This document shows positions 54,801 to 64,000 of a stretch of 64,000 nt of DNA, in pieces; positions within the stretch are counted from its first letter, which is position 1; each line of letters starts with the position of its first letter. Where the stretch lies: NCBI GenBank assembly GCA_964617875.1, contig CAZUAI010000006.1, forward strand, positions 23,102 to 87,101, read 5' to 3'. The notes beneath the pieces were generated by a model. The model saw only the letters and a list, made by a program, of their open reading frames with translations. It had not been told where the DNA came from and searched no databases. Position numbers and translations under genes: made by a program. Source of the stretch: an uncultured Planctomycetales bacterium. Its GTDB lineage: Bacteria; Planctomycetota; Phycisphaerae; UBA1845; PWPN01.

Positions 54801-56439
54801 TCGAAATGTACGACGTCACCAGTTCCTCGCGGATGGCGTCGAGCGGCGGGTTCGTCACCTGGGCGAAGAGCTGCTTGAAGTAGTCGTAGAGCAGCCGCGG
54901 CCCGTCGGACAGCACGGCCAGCGGCGTGTCGTTTCCCATCGAGCCGACCGGCTCCTGCCCCTGCCGGGCCATGGGGCCGATCAGGATCTTCAGGTCCTCG
55001 AGCGTGTAGCCGAAGGCCCGCTGCCGTGTCCTGAGCGGCTCGGACGGCGCCGGGGCCGGAGCGGCCTGCGGCAGACCGTCGAGCCGGACAAGGTTCTCGT
55101 TCAGCCAGGCACGGTAGGGCTTGCGCCGGGCCATCGCGTCCTTGATTTCGGCGTCGTCGATGATGCGGTGCTGCTCCATGTCCACCAGGAACATGCGCCC
55201 CGGCTGAAGGCGGCCCTTCTGGAGCACGTTTGCCGGGTCGATGTCGAGCACGCCGGTCTCGGAGCCCATGACGACGAGCCCGTCCTTCGTCACCGTGTAG
55301 CGCGACGGACGCAGGCCATTGCGATCGAGCACGGCGCCGATGCAGCGCCCGTCGGTGAACGGGATCGACGCCGGGCCGTCCCACGGCTCCATCAGGCACG
55401 CGTGGTATTCGTAGAACGCCCGCTTCTCGTCGCTCATCGTCTCGTGGTTCTGCCACGCCTCGGGGATGAGCATCATGATGGCGTGCGGCAGCGACCGCCC
55501 GGTGTGGTAGAGCAGCTCCACCGCGTTGTCGAGGATGGCCGAGTCGCTCGCGCCGGGCGTGAGGATCGGGAAGAGCTTCTCCATGTCGTGGCCGAAGGCG
55601 TCGGAGCGGAACATCGTCTGCCGCGCGTGCATCCAGTTGATGTTGCCGCGCAGCGTGTTGATCTCCCCGTTGTGACAGAGGAAGCGGAACGGGTGCGCGA
55701 GGTCCCACGTCGGGAACGTGTTCGTGCTGTACCGCTGGTGAACGAGGGCCAGCCCGCTGGCCAGGAGCGGATCGGACAGGTCGGGGAAGTACGTCTCGAC
55801 CTGGTCGGCCAGCAGCAGGCCCTTGTAGACCATCGTGCGGCACGACAGGCTCGGGATGTAGAAGAACTTCTTTTCGGGCAGGCCCGATTCGCGTATCGCC
55901 CGCTCGACGACCTTGCGGATGACGTAGAGCACGCGCTCGAACTGTGCCGCGTCCCGGACGCCCGCCCCCCGGCCGATGAAGACCTGCCGGATGAACGGTT
56001 CGACGGCGCGGGCCGTCGTCCCGAGCGGGGCGTTGTTCGTCGGCACGTCCCGCCAGCCGAGGAACTGCTGTCCTTCGCGACGGACCACCTCTTCCACGGC
56101 GTCCGTGCAGAACTTGCGCTGGTCGCGGTCCCGGGGCAGGAACACGAGCCCGGCACCGTACTCCTGCGGATCGGGCAGGCGGATGCCCACGTCGCCCGCG
56201 CGGGCCTTCAGGAAGGCGTGCGGGGTCTGCATCAGGATGCCGGCCCCGTCGCCCGTCTTCGGGTCGCAGCCGCAGGCCCCGCGGTGCGTCAGATTCACCA
56301 GGATCCGCAGCGCTTTCTCGATGATGTCGTGCGATGCTTCGCCGCTCAGCCGGCAGACGAGCCCCACCCCGCACGCATCGCGCTCGAACTGCGGGTCGTA
56401 GAGTCCCTGTTTCGGCGGCATGCCTGCGTGTCCGGTCAT
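51883..56439 (-). CDS. gltB: glutamate synthase large subunit
   Basis: Start [26 protein letters not shown] (Ntn amidotransferase Cys). 1518 aa with FMN and GXGXG domains. Confidence 0.95.
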   Translation of the reverse strand: MTGHAGMPPKQGLYDPQFERDACGVGLVCRLSGEASHDIIEKALRILVNLTHRGACGCDPKTGDGAGILMQTPHAFLKARAGDVGIRLPDPQEYGAGLVFLPRDRDQRKFCTDAVEEVVRREGQQFLGWRDVPTNNAPLGTTARAVEPFIRQVFIGRGAGVRDAAQFERVLYVIRKVVERAIRESGLPEKKFFYIPSLSCRTMVYKGLLLADQVETYFPDLSDPLLASGLALVHQRYSTNTFPTWDLAHPFRFLCHNGEINTLRGNINWMHARQTMFRSDAFGHDMEKLFPILTPGASDSAILDNAVELLYHTGRSLPHAIMMLIPEAWQNHETMSDEKRAFYEYHACLMEPWDGPASIPFTDGRCIGAVLDRNGLRPSRYTVTKDGLVVMGSETGVLDIDPANVLQKGRLQPGRMFLVDMEQHRIIDDAEIKDAMARRKPYRAWLNENLVRLDGLPQAAPAPAPSEPLRTRQRAFGYTLEDLKILIGPMARQGQEPVGSMGNDTPLAVLSDGPRLLYDYFKQLFAQVTNPPLDAIREELVTSYISTLGAEQDLFQETPRHCRQLRVDRPILTNEELERIRALKAEGLASITLPIVFEARGGAGAMEAALDELCARASWAVRNGYSILILSDRPADRDNAPIPALLATSAVHHHLVREGRRTQCGLVIESGEPREVHHFCLLFGYGAGAINPYLAFESIEDMVATGQLTEVSAETAKKNYVKAADKGVLKTMSKMGISTLQSYRGAQVFEAVGLSEQLIRTYFPWTPSRIGGIGLETVALEARRRHERAYPPREVAAVLDLDVGGQYQWRRNGERHLFNPLTIARLQQATRENNAKTYAEYAALINDQSRALCTLRGLLEFKTLDKPIPLDEVEPWTEIVKRFKTGAMSYGSISQEAHETLAIAMNRIGGRSNSGEGGEDPARFTPEPDGTWRNSAIKQVASARFGVTNHYLVNANELQIKMAQGAKPGEGGQLPAEKVYPWIARVRHSTPYVQLISPPPHHDIYSIEDLAQLIHDLKNANPRARISVKLVAEVGVGIVAAGVAKGKADVVLISGHDGGTGASPQSSIKHAGLPWELGLAETHQTLVLNDLRSRIVVECDGQLKTGRDVAIACLLGAEEFGFATAPLVVSGCVMMRKCHLNTCPVGVATQDPELRRKFTGKPEYVINFLYFVAEELRQIMASLGFRTIHEMVGRSDKLEPRKAVDHWKARGLDLSNILYQPEVPAYVGKHCLTQQEHGLEAALDHGLIERARPALERGERVEIDLPIRNVHRTVGTMLSSEISRRHGADGLPDDTIVVRCRGSAGQSFCAFGARGLTMRVEGDANDYFGKGLSGAKLIIRPPREATFVAEENILIGNVALYGATGGEAYIRGLAGERFCVRNSGARAVVEGVGDHGCEYMTGGRVAVLGPTGRNFAAGMSGGIAYVLDEAGDFGRVRCNLEMVELEKVTDADDIADLRELIENHFLYTESARAKAVLDHWDEALEDFVKVMPTDYKRALQRLAAEGRPHQKGPVPAYA

Positions 56440-57383
56440 GGTCGCACCACCGCCCCCGCCAGCACGGCGTCGCGCCGCTCCGTCCGCCGATCGTCGGCCA
56501 CCCCGTTCGGGCTCGTCAGCATCTCGATGAAGCCGGTCATCACCGGCGTCAGCACCTTGCCCCGACGCCGGATGATGCACAGCGGCCGCACCAGCTCCAG
56601 ACCGTCCACCGGAACCACCATCAACGCCCCCGTCTCGACCTCGCGCCGCACCGTCGGCTCCGGCAGGATCGACACGCCCGCCCCGATCTCGACGCCGCGC
56701 TTGATCGCCTCGATGTTGTCAAACTCCATCACCACGTGGACGTGGACCTTCGATTCACGCAGGTAGCGGTCCACGTGCCGACGAACCGCCAGGTCCGAGT
56801 CGAACGCGACAAAGTTCTCGCCCTGCAACTGGCTCAGGTGGATGCGTCCTTGTCGCACGAAGGGATGCCCCGGGTGGCACACCAGGACCATCGGCTCATC
56901 CCGCCAGGGCACCGCGATGAACTCCCGCGGCGCCCGCGGACAGGAGATCAACCCCAGGTCGGCCTCGTCGTTGAGCACCCTTTCGCACACCTTGTCCGGG
57001 TGGGTGTAATCCAGCCGGATCGTCCCGCTCGGCCACCGCGCCTGAAACTCGTGCACGTACCGCTGCATGTCGTACAGGCCGACGGAGTAGATGGACGCCA
57101 CAATGAGACGACCGGCGACATCCGCCTGAAACGACTTCGTGCGGGCTTCGAGCGCCGCGTAACGCTCGACCAGGTCCCGGCAGCCCTCGTAGTACACGCG
57201 GCCTTCGGGCGTCAGTTCGAGCGGCCGCTTCGACCGGTCGATCAACCGCACGCCCAGACGCTTCTCGATCTGGAGAACCGCCTGGCTCGCCGCCGACTGC
57301 GTGATCCCCGCAGCGGACGCCCCGCGCGAGAAACTTCGCTGCCGAACCACGTCGCAGAAGATCTTCATGCATTCAAACGTCAT
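56436..57383 (-). CDS. LysR-family transcriptional regulator
   Basis: HTH domain [44 protein letters not shown]. Its stop overlaps the gltB ATG (ATGA at 56436-56439). Confidence 0.85.
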   Translation of the reverse strand: MTFECMKIFCDVVRQRSFSRGASAAGITQSAASQAVLQIEKRLGVRLIDRSKRPLELTPEGRVYYEGCRDLVERYAALEARTKSFQADVAGRLIVASIYSVGLYDMQRYVHEFQARWPSGTIRLDYTHPDKVCERVLNDEADLGLISCPRAPREFIAVPWRDEPMVLVCHPGHPFVRQGRIHLSQLQGENFVAFDSDLAVRRHVDRYLRESKVHVHVVMEFDNIEAIKRGVEIGAGVSILPEPTVRREVETGALMVVPVDGLELVRPLCIIRRRGKVLTPVMTGFIEMLTSPNGVADDRRTERRDAVLAGAVVRP

Positions 57384-57429
57384 GACCCAACGCCCACCCG
57401 CCCGTGATGAACACGCCAGCGGCACACAG

Positions 57430-57458
57430 TATTCTAATTAGTGATATCAATGCACGCA
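57430..57458 (-). promoter_or_regulatory. sigma70-type promoter for lysR-gltBD with an embedded LysR-type T-N11-A dyad
   Basis: Minus strand reads TTGCGT (57458-57453), N17, TAGAAT (57435-57430). The spacer contains ATTGATATCACTAAT (57436-57450), with dyad ATT-N9-AAT and core TGATATCA. Confidence 0.5.
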
Positions 57459-57849
57459 AGAGCCTTCTATGAATGAATCTGATGAAGAGGGCGGAACGTT
57501 TGGTACGCTCTTACCCGGAAGAAATCAGATAAGCCCTTTTATGGCAATACCTTATACGAATAGTGGCTGTTCGCATGGCCAGGCGGCGATAAGATCCATG
57601 GCTCGCAATGCTCATCCTCAATACGCTGGACCAGGCACCCGGGGGCCGCCTGGCCGGGCGGCGTCTATCGCGGTCTGACCGTCCGGACGGCTGTGGCAAG
57701 GCCGCCGTCGGGGGTGCGGCGGGGGCCCCGTGGATCGTTGACGAAACGGGCATTTCCTAGTACAAGGTACTGCGGCAGTCTGGGGGAGGGTGCCTGCCGG
57801 CGGCGGGTGTGAACGTAACCGACAAGGACTGGACCACGCTGGGCATTCC

Positions 57850-60180
57850 GTGAAACGCTACTGGCCTATTATTGTTGCGGCAGCCGCACCGGCGGTCGTC
57901 GTGTTCTTGATCTACCTCACGGCACCGGCAAGCGAGGGCGCGCGTGCCAAGCTCCAGCAGGATATCGATCAGGAGCTGGCCAAGGCCCGCCGGCTGCTGG
58001 CGGCCTATGAGCCGACGCAGCAGATGCTCCTGGCCGGCGAGCAGCGGCTCACCGGCAAGGAGGGGCCGTTCGAGATCACGGATGCGCGGCTGCAGAAGAT
58101 GTCGTCTGCGTGGGACAAGTCATCTTCGTACGTCGAGCAGGAGAGCCCGATCAAGCCGGTCTCGGCGGACCTGCAGCGGGCACTTGGCGAGGCGGCCGAT
58201 CTTTGCCGGCGGCGCGTGGGGGGGGCCGAGAAGCAGCCCTCGGCGGAGGCGGCGAATGACGCGGCCGGCGCCCGCCGTCTCGTGACGGACTGGCTCCAGG
58301 CCAACGAGAGCCGGCTCAAGGACGCGATCCGGATCGTGGATGCGGCGATGGGCCTGAGCACGTCTTCCGGCGAGGAGACGTTGTCGGGCCGCGAGGACGT
58401 CGAGGCGAACCGGCTGCGGGCGATCCTCGCGTATCACTACGCCGAGTCGCTCCGAAGGGAGGCGCTGCTGGATCGCAGCCGGGTCGAACGGCTGAGCGAA
58501 CGGCTTCTGAGCCTCCACGGCGACTGGATCGGCGTGACGGCGGATATCGCCGTCGCCGAGCGTGCCCTGGAGGGCTCATCGGATGCGATGCCCGCCTCGG
58601 GCGCGGCGACGGCGGCATCGGCGTCGGCCCCGGCCACGGCGAAGGCGAGAGAGACGGCGAAGGCGCAAGGCGGGGCTCCGGCAGAGTCCAGGGGCACTGC
58701 GGCCGCGCCGGCGAAAAGCAGTAAAGTCCTCGGCAAGGTTTTCGGCGCGATCCGCGGCACGGTATCCGACGCGCTGCCGGGCGGAAAGATCGCGGCCGCT
58801 TCCGAACCGGCGAAGGCGGCCCCGACGCCCGCAGCCGAAGAACCCGCCGCCGAGCCGTCAGCTCCGATTGCCGTGGAACTCGAGCCGCTCCAGCGGATCC
58901 AGCCGCTGCGCGACCGGATTGCCGACCTCGAACGCCAGAAGGCCGAGGCCCTCAAGCGGGCCAAGGGGCTCGAGACGAAGATCACGGAGGAACTCACGCC
59001 GCCGCGCGACAGACTGGCCGGTGAGATCCGGCAGAGACGAGAAGCCGCCGCCGCCGCCGAGACGAAGATGGCGGAGATGGAGAACAAGGGCTTCGATCCC
59101 AGGAACGCCGGGGCGCTGAACCAGCGGACCGCCGAATACGAGGCCCAGTCGAAGATCGCCCGCGAGGCCTCGCGGCAGGCCGATCTGCTTGAATTCGGCG
59201 GCTACACGAACGCGACGCTCGTCACGGAGACCGAGGACTGGCACACCGCGCGGATCGCGCCCGCCAGGGCGGGGGAGCCGCTCGCGGCACAGAAGTGCCT
59301 GCGCCAGTACGATCAGGAAATCCGCCTCGCGACGGCCGCGATCCAGGGCGAGCAGAGGGCCGTCGAGGTCCTGGACAAGCGGCTTCAGACGCTGCGGACG
59401 CTGCAGGCTTACTACGACGCGCAACTGAAGGGCGGGGCCATGCCGGCCTCGACGCAACCGGCGGCCACGCAGATGGTCGTGCCCGGACTCCGCGGCCGTC
59501 ACGACGAGATTGTCGGCGAGGCGAAGTCGCTGGTCGCGCTCCTCGATGCCGCCGCCAAGGCCGCCGACGCGAACGACGATGCGGCGATCGCCGAGCTGGG
59601 CCGCGGCATCAGTGCCGCGAAACAGGCGCGGCAGAGCGCCGAGAAGCGAACTCGCGAGGCGCAAGGCGCGCAACCCCAGGGCGGCGAGCCAAACCCGCGG
59701 CTGCAGAGAATCGAGCAGGAAGACTGGCGCGCCGGCGATGCCGATGCCATCCTCGGCGATCTCCAACTGCTGCTGGCAACCGTGCATTACCAGCGGGCCC
59801 TGGCGAGGGAGCGGCTCGCGGCCGTCCTCGACTCGGTGGCACGAATGGGCCTGACCGTGGATGCGGCGGCGGCGCGGACGGCGGCCGCCGCGGACAAGCC
59901 CGCGGCCCTGAACGCGGCGCAGGACGCCCAGAAGGCCTACACGGACGCTGAGCCCCGGTTGAAGAAGGACTGGACCGTGCACATGAACCTGGCGGCCGCC
60001 TACTACCTTCTCTCGCAGCTTACCCAGGGCCCGCAGGCGAGCCAGTTTCTCGAAAGCGCCCGCAAGGAGTACGCCGCCGGCACCAGCGGGGCCGATGAAA
60101 AGAACCCGGACCGCAAGCCCTACGCGGATCGCGCCGAGGCCATCCGAAAGGCCCAGGCGAAGCCCAAACGCCCGGGATGA
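57850..60180 (+). CDS. large Ala-rich, N-terminally anchored hypothetical protein
   Basis: ORF 57790-60180. An in-frame GTG at 57850 gives VKRYWPIIVAAAAPAVVVFLIYL (TM anchor). Long helical A/E/R/Q-rich body with a low-complexity A/P/S/T linker. Confidence 0.55.
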   Translation: MKRYWPIIVAAAAPAVVVFLIYLTAPASEGARAKLQQDIDQELAKARRLLAAYEPTQQMLLAGEQRLTGKEGPFEITDARLQKMSSAWDKSSSYVEQESPIKPVSADLQRALGEAADLCRRRVGGAEKQPSAEAANDAAGARRLVTDWLQANESRLKDAIRIVDAAMGLSTSSGEETLSGREDVEANRLRAILAYHYAESLRREALLDRSRVERLSERLLSLHGDWIGVTADIAVAERALEGSSDAMPASGAATAASASAPATAKARETAKAQGGAPAESRGTAAAPAKSSKVLGKVFGAIRGTVSDALPGGKIAAASEPAKAAPTPAAEEPAAEPSAPIAVELEPLQRIQPLRDRIADLERQKAEALKRAKGLETKITEELTPPRDRLAGEIRQRREAAAAAETKMAEMENKGFDPRNAGALNQRTAEYEAQSKIAREASRQADLLEFGGYTNATLVTETEDWHTARIAPARAGEPLAAQKCLRQYDQEIRLATAAIQGEQRAVEVLDKRLQTLRTLQAYYDAQLKGGAMPASTQPAATQMVVPGLRGRHDEIVGEAKSLVALLDAAAKAADANDDAAIAELGRGISAAKQARQSAEKRTREAQGAQPQGGEPNPRLQRIEQEDWRAGDADAILGDLQLLLATVHYQRALARERLAAVLDSVARMGLTVDAAAARTAAAADKPAALNAAQDAQKAYTDAEPRLKKDWTVHMNLAAAYYLLSQLTQGPQASQFLESARKEYAAGTSGADEKNPDRKPYADRAEAIRKAQAKPKRPG

Positions 60181-60183
60181 CCT

Positions 60184-62067
60184 ATGGCAGACGAGCCGAA
60201 GCGGTTGCCGCCGGCCGGACCCCCATGGTGGTCGTCTCCTCTCGCACGTTTCCACGTTCCGGCCTTCCCACTTGTGAGGTCTTCGCGGCTCCCGACGCGG
60301 CGATACGCCGCATGGGGGTTGGTCGTCCTGCTGATCGCCGCATCCCCCGTCGCCGCTCACCCCCTGGGCAACGACACCATCACGCACTTCAGCGTTCTGT
60401 TCATCAATCCGAATCGCATCGAGCTGGACTTCCATCTGGATTTCGCCGAGATCCCCGCGAACGCCGCCCGCGAGTCGGAGATCGACGCCGACCGCGACGG
60501 CATCGACACGGCCGACGAACAACGGGCGTGGCTGGACCGAAAGGCCGTCGAGCACCTGCGCGACCTGCGCCTGGAGCTTGACGGCAGCGCCCTCGCGATC
60601 CGGCTGCTCGGCGAGGCACCGGCCTCGGGCCCGGCGTCCGCCCCGGCCGGCCCGCCGACGACGGGCGTCACGCGGACGATCATGTCGATCGCGGGCGTCG
60701 CCGGGATGCCGACGTACCGGCTGATGATCCGCTACGTCGCCGACCTGCCCGCGGACCTGGGGACACGGCCGCACACGCTCACGTACCTTGATGCGAGCTA
60801 TCCGAGGAACCCCGGCCTGAAGCGTGTGCTCATCGGGCGTTCCGACGCCATCGTCATCGACGAGAAGGACCGCCAATACCTGGACGAACCGCCCGACCCG
60901 TTTCTCTACGAACTCTACGACCCGTCCCGGATGCCGCAGGAACGCGAGGGCCGGGTGGTCTTCCGCATCGTCGCCCGGCCGGTCGAGACGCCGCGCCAGG
61001 ACTCGTGGGCCCGATTCACGGACCCGCGCAACGACCCGGCGCGGACCGACCAGTACCGGCGGCAGGCAAAGCGAATCGAAGGTCTCTTCGCCGGCGGCCT
61101 GTCGTTGCCGGTGCTTGCCCTGGTGGCCGCGCTCTGTTTCGGCTACGGCGCCTATCACGCCCTGATGCCCGGCCACGCCAAGACGATCGTTGCCGCCTAC
61201 CTGATCTCGATGCGCGGCACATGGCTGCACGCCGTCGCGCTGGCCGTCATCGTCACGCTGACGCACACGGCCCTGGTGATCGTCGTCGGCCTCGTGTTTC
61301 TCAAGGTCAGCGCGCCGGCCGGTTCGCGCCTCCAATTGTGGCTCGGGCTCTCCGCCGGCCTGATGATCGCCGGCATGGGCGCGTGGCTCCTGTTCCGCGC
61401 CGTCAGCGGCCGGCTGCGGCTTCACCACGCCCACGCAACGGGCCACGACCATCATGAGCATGACCACCACGATCATCACCACGCACACAGCCACGAGCAC
61501 GGCCACTCCCACCACCACCACGCCGGCGCCCACGATCACGGCCGCAGTGGGCCCCAGACCCGGCGCGGCTGGCTCCGGACGCTGTTCACGCACAGCCACC
61601 CGCCGCCCCCGGTCGGCACGCACGGCCATGCCCACGACCACGATCACGAACACGCACACGGCCCGCCGGGTTCGGCCGGCACCGCTTCGGCAACCGCGGC
61701 GGTCGGCCCGCAGTTGACCTGGCGGCTGCTGGTGTGGCTGGGCGTCAGCGGCGGGATCGTGCCGTGCCCGGCGGCCGTCTGGATCATGCTCCTCGGCATC
61801 GCCCAGGGGAAGCCCGGCGCCGGCCTGTTCGCGGTTCTCATGTTCGGCGCGGGGCTGGCCTTGACCCTCATGCTGATCGGCCTTCTGGCCCTGTCCAGCC
61901 GCCGTTTCGCCGAGCGGCTCATGGGCACGGAGGGTTCGCAGCGATGGCTGCTGGGCGTGCTCCCGGCGATGGGCGGTCTGGTGGTCCTGGCCCTGGGGGG
62001 CGTCATCACGGCCAACTACGCCATGATCATGGCGCGGGGCGAGCCGCTCATCGCGGGCTTCGGCTGA
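60184..62067 (+). CDS. NicO/RcnA-type nickel/cobalt transporter with an N-terminal periplasmic domain and His-rich loop
   Basis: Signal-like WGLVVLLIAASPVAAHP. TM core HALMPGHAKTIVAAYLI...LTHT and GVSGGIVPCPAA. Loop HHAHATGHDHHEHDHHDHHHAHSHEHGHSHHHH. Confidence 0.7.
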   Translation: MADEPKRLPPAGPPWWSSPLARFHVPAFPLVRSSRLPTRRYAAWGLVVLLIAASPVAAHPLGNDTITHFSVLFINPNRIELDFHLDFAEIPANAARESEIDADRDGIDTADEQRAWLDRKAVEHLRDLRLELDGSALAIRLLGEAPASGPASAPAGPPTTGVTRTIMSIAGVAGMPTYRLMIRYVADLPADLGTRPHTLTYLDASYPRNPGLKRVLIGRSDAIVIDEKDRQYLDEPPDPFLYELYDPSRMPQEREGRVVFRIVARPVETPRQDSWARFTDPRNDPARTDQYRRQAKRIEGLFAGGLSLPVLALVAALCFGYGAYHALMPGHAKTIVAAYLISMRGTWLHAVALAVIVTLTHTALVIVVGLVFLKVSAPAGSRLQLWLGLSAGLMIAGMGAWLLFRAVSGRLRLHHAHATGHDHHEHDHHDHHHAHSHEHGHSHHHHAGAHDHGRSGPQTRRGWLRTLFTHSHPPPPVGTHGHAHDHDHEHAHGPPGSAGTASATAAVGPQLTWRLLVWLGVSGGIVPCPAAVWIMLLGIAQGKPGAGLFAVLMFGAGLALTLMLIGLLALSSRRFAERLMGTEGSQRWLLGVLPAMGGLVVLALGGVITANYAMIMARGEPLIAGFG

Positions 62068-62113
62068 TCGGCGGGGGGGCATGGCCGACCTGCGTACGAG
62101 GCGGGGCCGCCCG

Positions 62114-62142
62114 TTGTGCAAACGAAGGTTATCGGGTATACT
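62114..62142 (+). promoter_or_regulatory. candidate sigma70-type promoter
   Basis: TTGTGC (62114-62119), N17, TATACT (62137-62142), about 170 nt upstream of the small zinc-ribbon ORF. Confidence 0.35.
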
Positions 62143-62309
62143 GCAATACGGAAGCTGACGGCAACGGCCTTCGGCAGTTCGACATGATGTCCGGAACGAG
62201 CACGCCGTCAGGTGACCTTCTCGGCGATGGTGCCGGTGACCTTCGGCGAGGCGTTGTTGCCTGAGCCCCCAGGAGGGGGCCGTGCGGGCGAGGCACAGGA
62301 GGTAGGCCC

Positions 62310-62495
62310 GTGAGCAAACGCATCGTCAACAACTCCAAGCCGGATCCCTTTGCCGGCCAGACCGCCCGCACCCGCATCTGCCTTGTCTGCGACCGAACGT
62401 TCCTCTCCAGCGGCCCCGGGAACCGGATCTGCCCGCGGTGTTCGCACCGCCGCCGTTCCGACACGCCGATCCACACGCACACGATGCGGGGCTGA
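62310..62495 (+). CDS. small basic zinc-ribbon protein (61 aa)
   Basis: GTG start with an AGGAGG SD 8 nt upstream. CLVC-N16-CPRC arrangement. Confidence 0.5.
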   Translation: MSKRIVNNSKPDPFAGQTARTRICLVCDRTFLSSGPGNRICPRCSHRRRSDTPIHTHTMRG

Positions 62496-62577
62496 GGAAC
62501 CGGAACCCGCGCCGTTGCGCTGCGGCGCACCAGGAGCGGCTTGACCCCTTTTCCCCGCGGCCGATACCATACCCGGC

Positions 62578-64000
62578 ATGCCGAAGTTCTTTCCCGCGTT
62601 CGACGAGTTCACGCGCCTGGCGGCCCAGGGCAACATGATCCCCGTGTATGCCCAGCTGATCGGGGACCACCTGACGCCCGTGACGGCCTTCGCCAACATC
62701 GCGCGGACGACCGACCACGCCTTTCTGCTCGAGAGCGTTGTCGGCGGCGAGAAGATCGCGCGGTATTCGTTTATCGCGGCCTCGCCGTACGCCGTCTTTG
62801 AGGCCACGCGCGAGAACGTGCGCATCAGCATGGAGCGGGGCGTCCGCAAGCTGACGACGGCCGACCCGCTCACCGAACTCGAGAAGCTGCTGAAGGACTG
62901 CCGCGCGGTTCACCTGCCGCGGCTGCCGCGGTTCGTCGGCGGGGCGGTGGGGTACGCGGCGTACGACATGGTGCGGTACTATGAGCGCCTGCCGGACGCC
63001 CCGGCGGACGACCGCAACCTTCCCGACCTGCTCTTCGGGCTTTACGACACGATGGTCATCTTCGACCACGTGCAGAAGACGATCCTCGTCGTCAGCCACG
63101 CGCACATCGACCGCGAGGGGGACCGGCTCGGCTACGAAAACGCGTGCGCCCGCATCGAGCAGACGATCGAGACGCTGTCGCAGCCGGCCGACATGAGCAT
63201 CGGGCACATCGCCGTCACGGGCGATCCGACGCTCGGCTTCCAGAGCAACTTCACCCGGGCCGCCTTCGAGAAGGCCGTCGGTTCGTGCAAGGAGTACATA
63301 CGCGCGGGCGACATCTTCCAGGTCGTGCTGTCGCAGCGGCTGGACCTCGAGACGCAGGCCGACCCGTTCAACATCTACCGCGCGCTGCGGATCGTGAACC
63401 CGTCGCCGTTCATGTTCTACCTCAAGAGCCCGAAGGTCGTGCTCGTCGGCTCGTCGCCGGAGATCATGTGCCGTGTCGAGGACGGCGTCATCACGAACCG
63501 CCCGCTGGCCGGCACCCGGCGCCGCGGACGGACGGACGAGGAGGACCTGGCCCTCGAGCACGAGCTGCTCGCCGACCCGAAGGAGCGGGCCGAGCACATC
63601 ATGCTCGTGGACCTCGGCCGCAACGACGTCGGCCGCGTGGCCGAGCTGGGCAGCGTGGAGCTGAGCGACGTGATGACCATCGAGCGTTACAGCCATGTGA
63701 TGCACATCTGCAGCAACGTGAGCGGGCGCCTCGCCCGGGGCCGGACGTGCTTCGACGCCCTGCGGGCGGCTCTGCCTGTCGGCACGGTGAGCGGGGCGCC
63801 GAAGATCCGCGCCATGGAGATCATCGACGAGTTCGAGCCGACGCGGCGAGGGCCGTACGCGGGCGCCGTCGGCTACATCGACTTCGCCGGCAACATGGAC
63901 ACCTGCATCGCGCTGCGGACGATGGTGATTACCCCCGGCGAGCGCGGCAACCGCGTCTACATCCAGGCCGGCGCGGGCATCGTCGCCGACTCCGAACCCG
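62578..64000 (+). CDS. trpE: anthranilate synthase component I, 3' end off-window
   Basis: Absent from the ORF track because there is no stop in the window. My own translation gives MPKFFPAFDEFTRLAAQGNMIPVYAQLIGDHLTPVTAF..., LRIVNPSPFMFYLK and GTVSGAPKIRAMEIIDEFEPTRRGPYAGAVGY. Confidence 0.9.
   Translation, partial: MPKFFPAFDEFTRLAAQGNMIPVYAQLIGDHLTPVTAFANIARTTDHAFLLESVVGGEKIARYSFIAASPYAVFEATRENVRISMERGVRKLTTADPLTELEKLLKDCRAVHLPRLPRFVGGAVGYAAYDMVRYYERLPDAPADDRNLPDLLFGLYDTMVIFDHVQKTILVVSHAHIDREGDRLGYENACARIEQTIETLSQPADMSIGHIAVTGDPTLGFQSNFTRAAFEKAVGSCKEYIRAGDIFQVVLSQRLDLETQADPFNIYRALRIVNPSPFMFYLKSPKVVLVGSSPEIMCRVEDGVITNRPLAGTRRRGRTDEEDLALEHELLADPKERAEHIMLVDLGRNDVGRVAELGSVELSDVMTIERYSHVMHICSNVSGRLARGRTCFDALRAALPVGTVSGAPKIRAMEIIDEFEPTRRGPYAGAVGYIDFAGNMDTCIALRTMVITPGERGNRVYIQAGAGIVADSEP

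Noticed and set aside
51760-56766. 1668-aa plus-strand ORF and a 1375-aa alternative minus-frame ORF over gltB
   Set aside because: gltB is unambiguous in its own frame. The competing ORFs have no recognisable domains and extreme R/G/P/A composition.
61430-61665. Repetitive CAC/CAT/GAC-rich DNA resembling a tandem repeat
   Set aside because: It lies in frame within the NicO gene and simply encodes His/Asp-rich metal-binding loops.
58858-62121. 1087-aa minus-strand ORF opposite the Ala-rich protein and NicO genes
   Set aside because: It is an antisense artefact. It contains mirror images of the His-codon runs (VVVMLMMVV) and has no motifs.
62149-62309. A tryptophan-attenuator leader peptide before trpE (MMSGTSTPSGDLLGDGAGDLRRGVVA)
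   Set aside because: It has no Trp codons, no SD, and no terminator/antiterminator pair of the classical type.
62326-63705. 459-aa minus-strand ORF
   Set aside because: It lies antisense to trpE, which is missing from the ORF track only because it has no stop inside the window.
1-64000. Mobile elements, prophage, CRISPR arrays and toxin-antitoxin or other defence systems
   Set aside because: I scanned both strands and found no transposase, integrase or Cas-like ORFs, no spaced direct-repeat arrays and no terminal inverted repeats. The only tRNA-adjacent anomaly is reported as a low-interest finding.

Overview
This is visibly GC-rich bacterial chromosomal DNA, and the high GC creates long spurious antisense ORFs throughout. 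I recognised real genes by family motifs, ATGA/TGATG stop-start coupling and Shine-Dalgarno (SD) sites. I count about 46 protein genes and one tRNA-Val. I see no rRNA, CRISPR, transposase, integrase or phage genes. The left part (1-18.6 kb) holds a hydantoinase, two DUF4175-style envelope proteins, a GT2 exopolysaccharide-synthase module, lnt, tRNA-Val, hcp, kup, a TPR protein and an orphan hslU. The right part (42.7-64 kb) holds an OmpR/HK two-component system, a MacAB-type ABC efflux set with a NodT outer-membrane factor, lysR-gltB-gltD, a large Ala-rich membrane protein, a His-rich NicO/RcnA-type transporter, a small zinc-ribbon ORF and trpE (3' partial). The centre (18.8-42.65 kb) is the interesting part. 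It carries four copies of the fluoride (crcB-motif) riboswitch, each starting exactly 6 nt after a TTGCNN-N17-TANNAT promoter. These head four units: (1) the canonical crcB - cation/H+ antiporter - USP - DUF190 operon; (2) a TPR-like protein plus two tandem dynamin-like GTPases; (3) a third dynamin-like GTPase, convergent with unit 2; (4) a metallophosphoesterase, a Zn-ribbon/HEAT ORF that runs in frame into enolase, a MOT1/SulP-like transporter, an MFS transporter and TolC/lipoprotein/RND/MFP efflux genes, all tightly coupled. mgtA sits in the middle of this region. To my knowledge, dynamin-like GTPases under fluoride-riboswitch control are not a described fluoride-response function, so this set is my top candidate for a new system.
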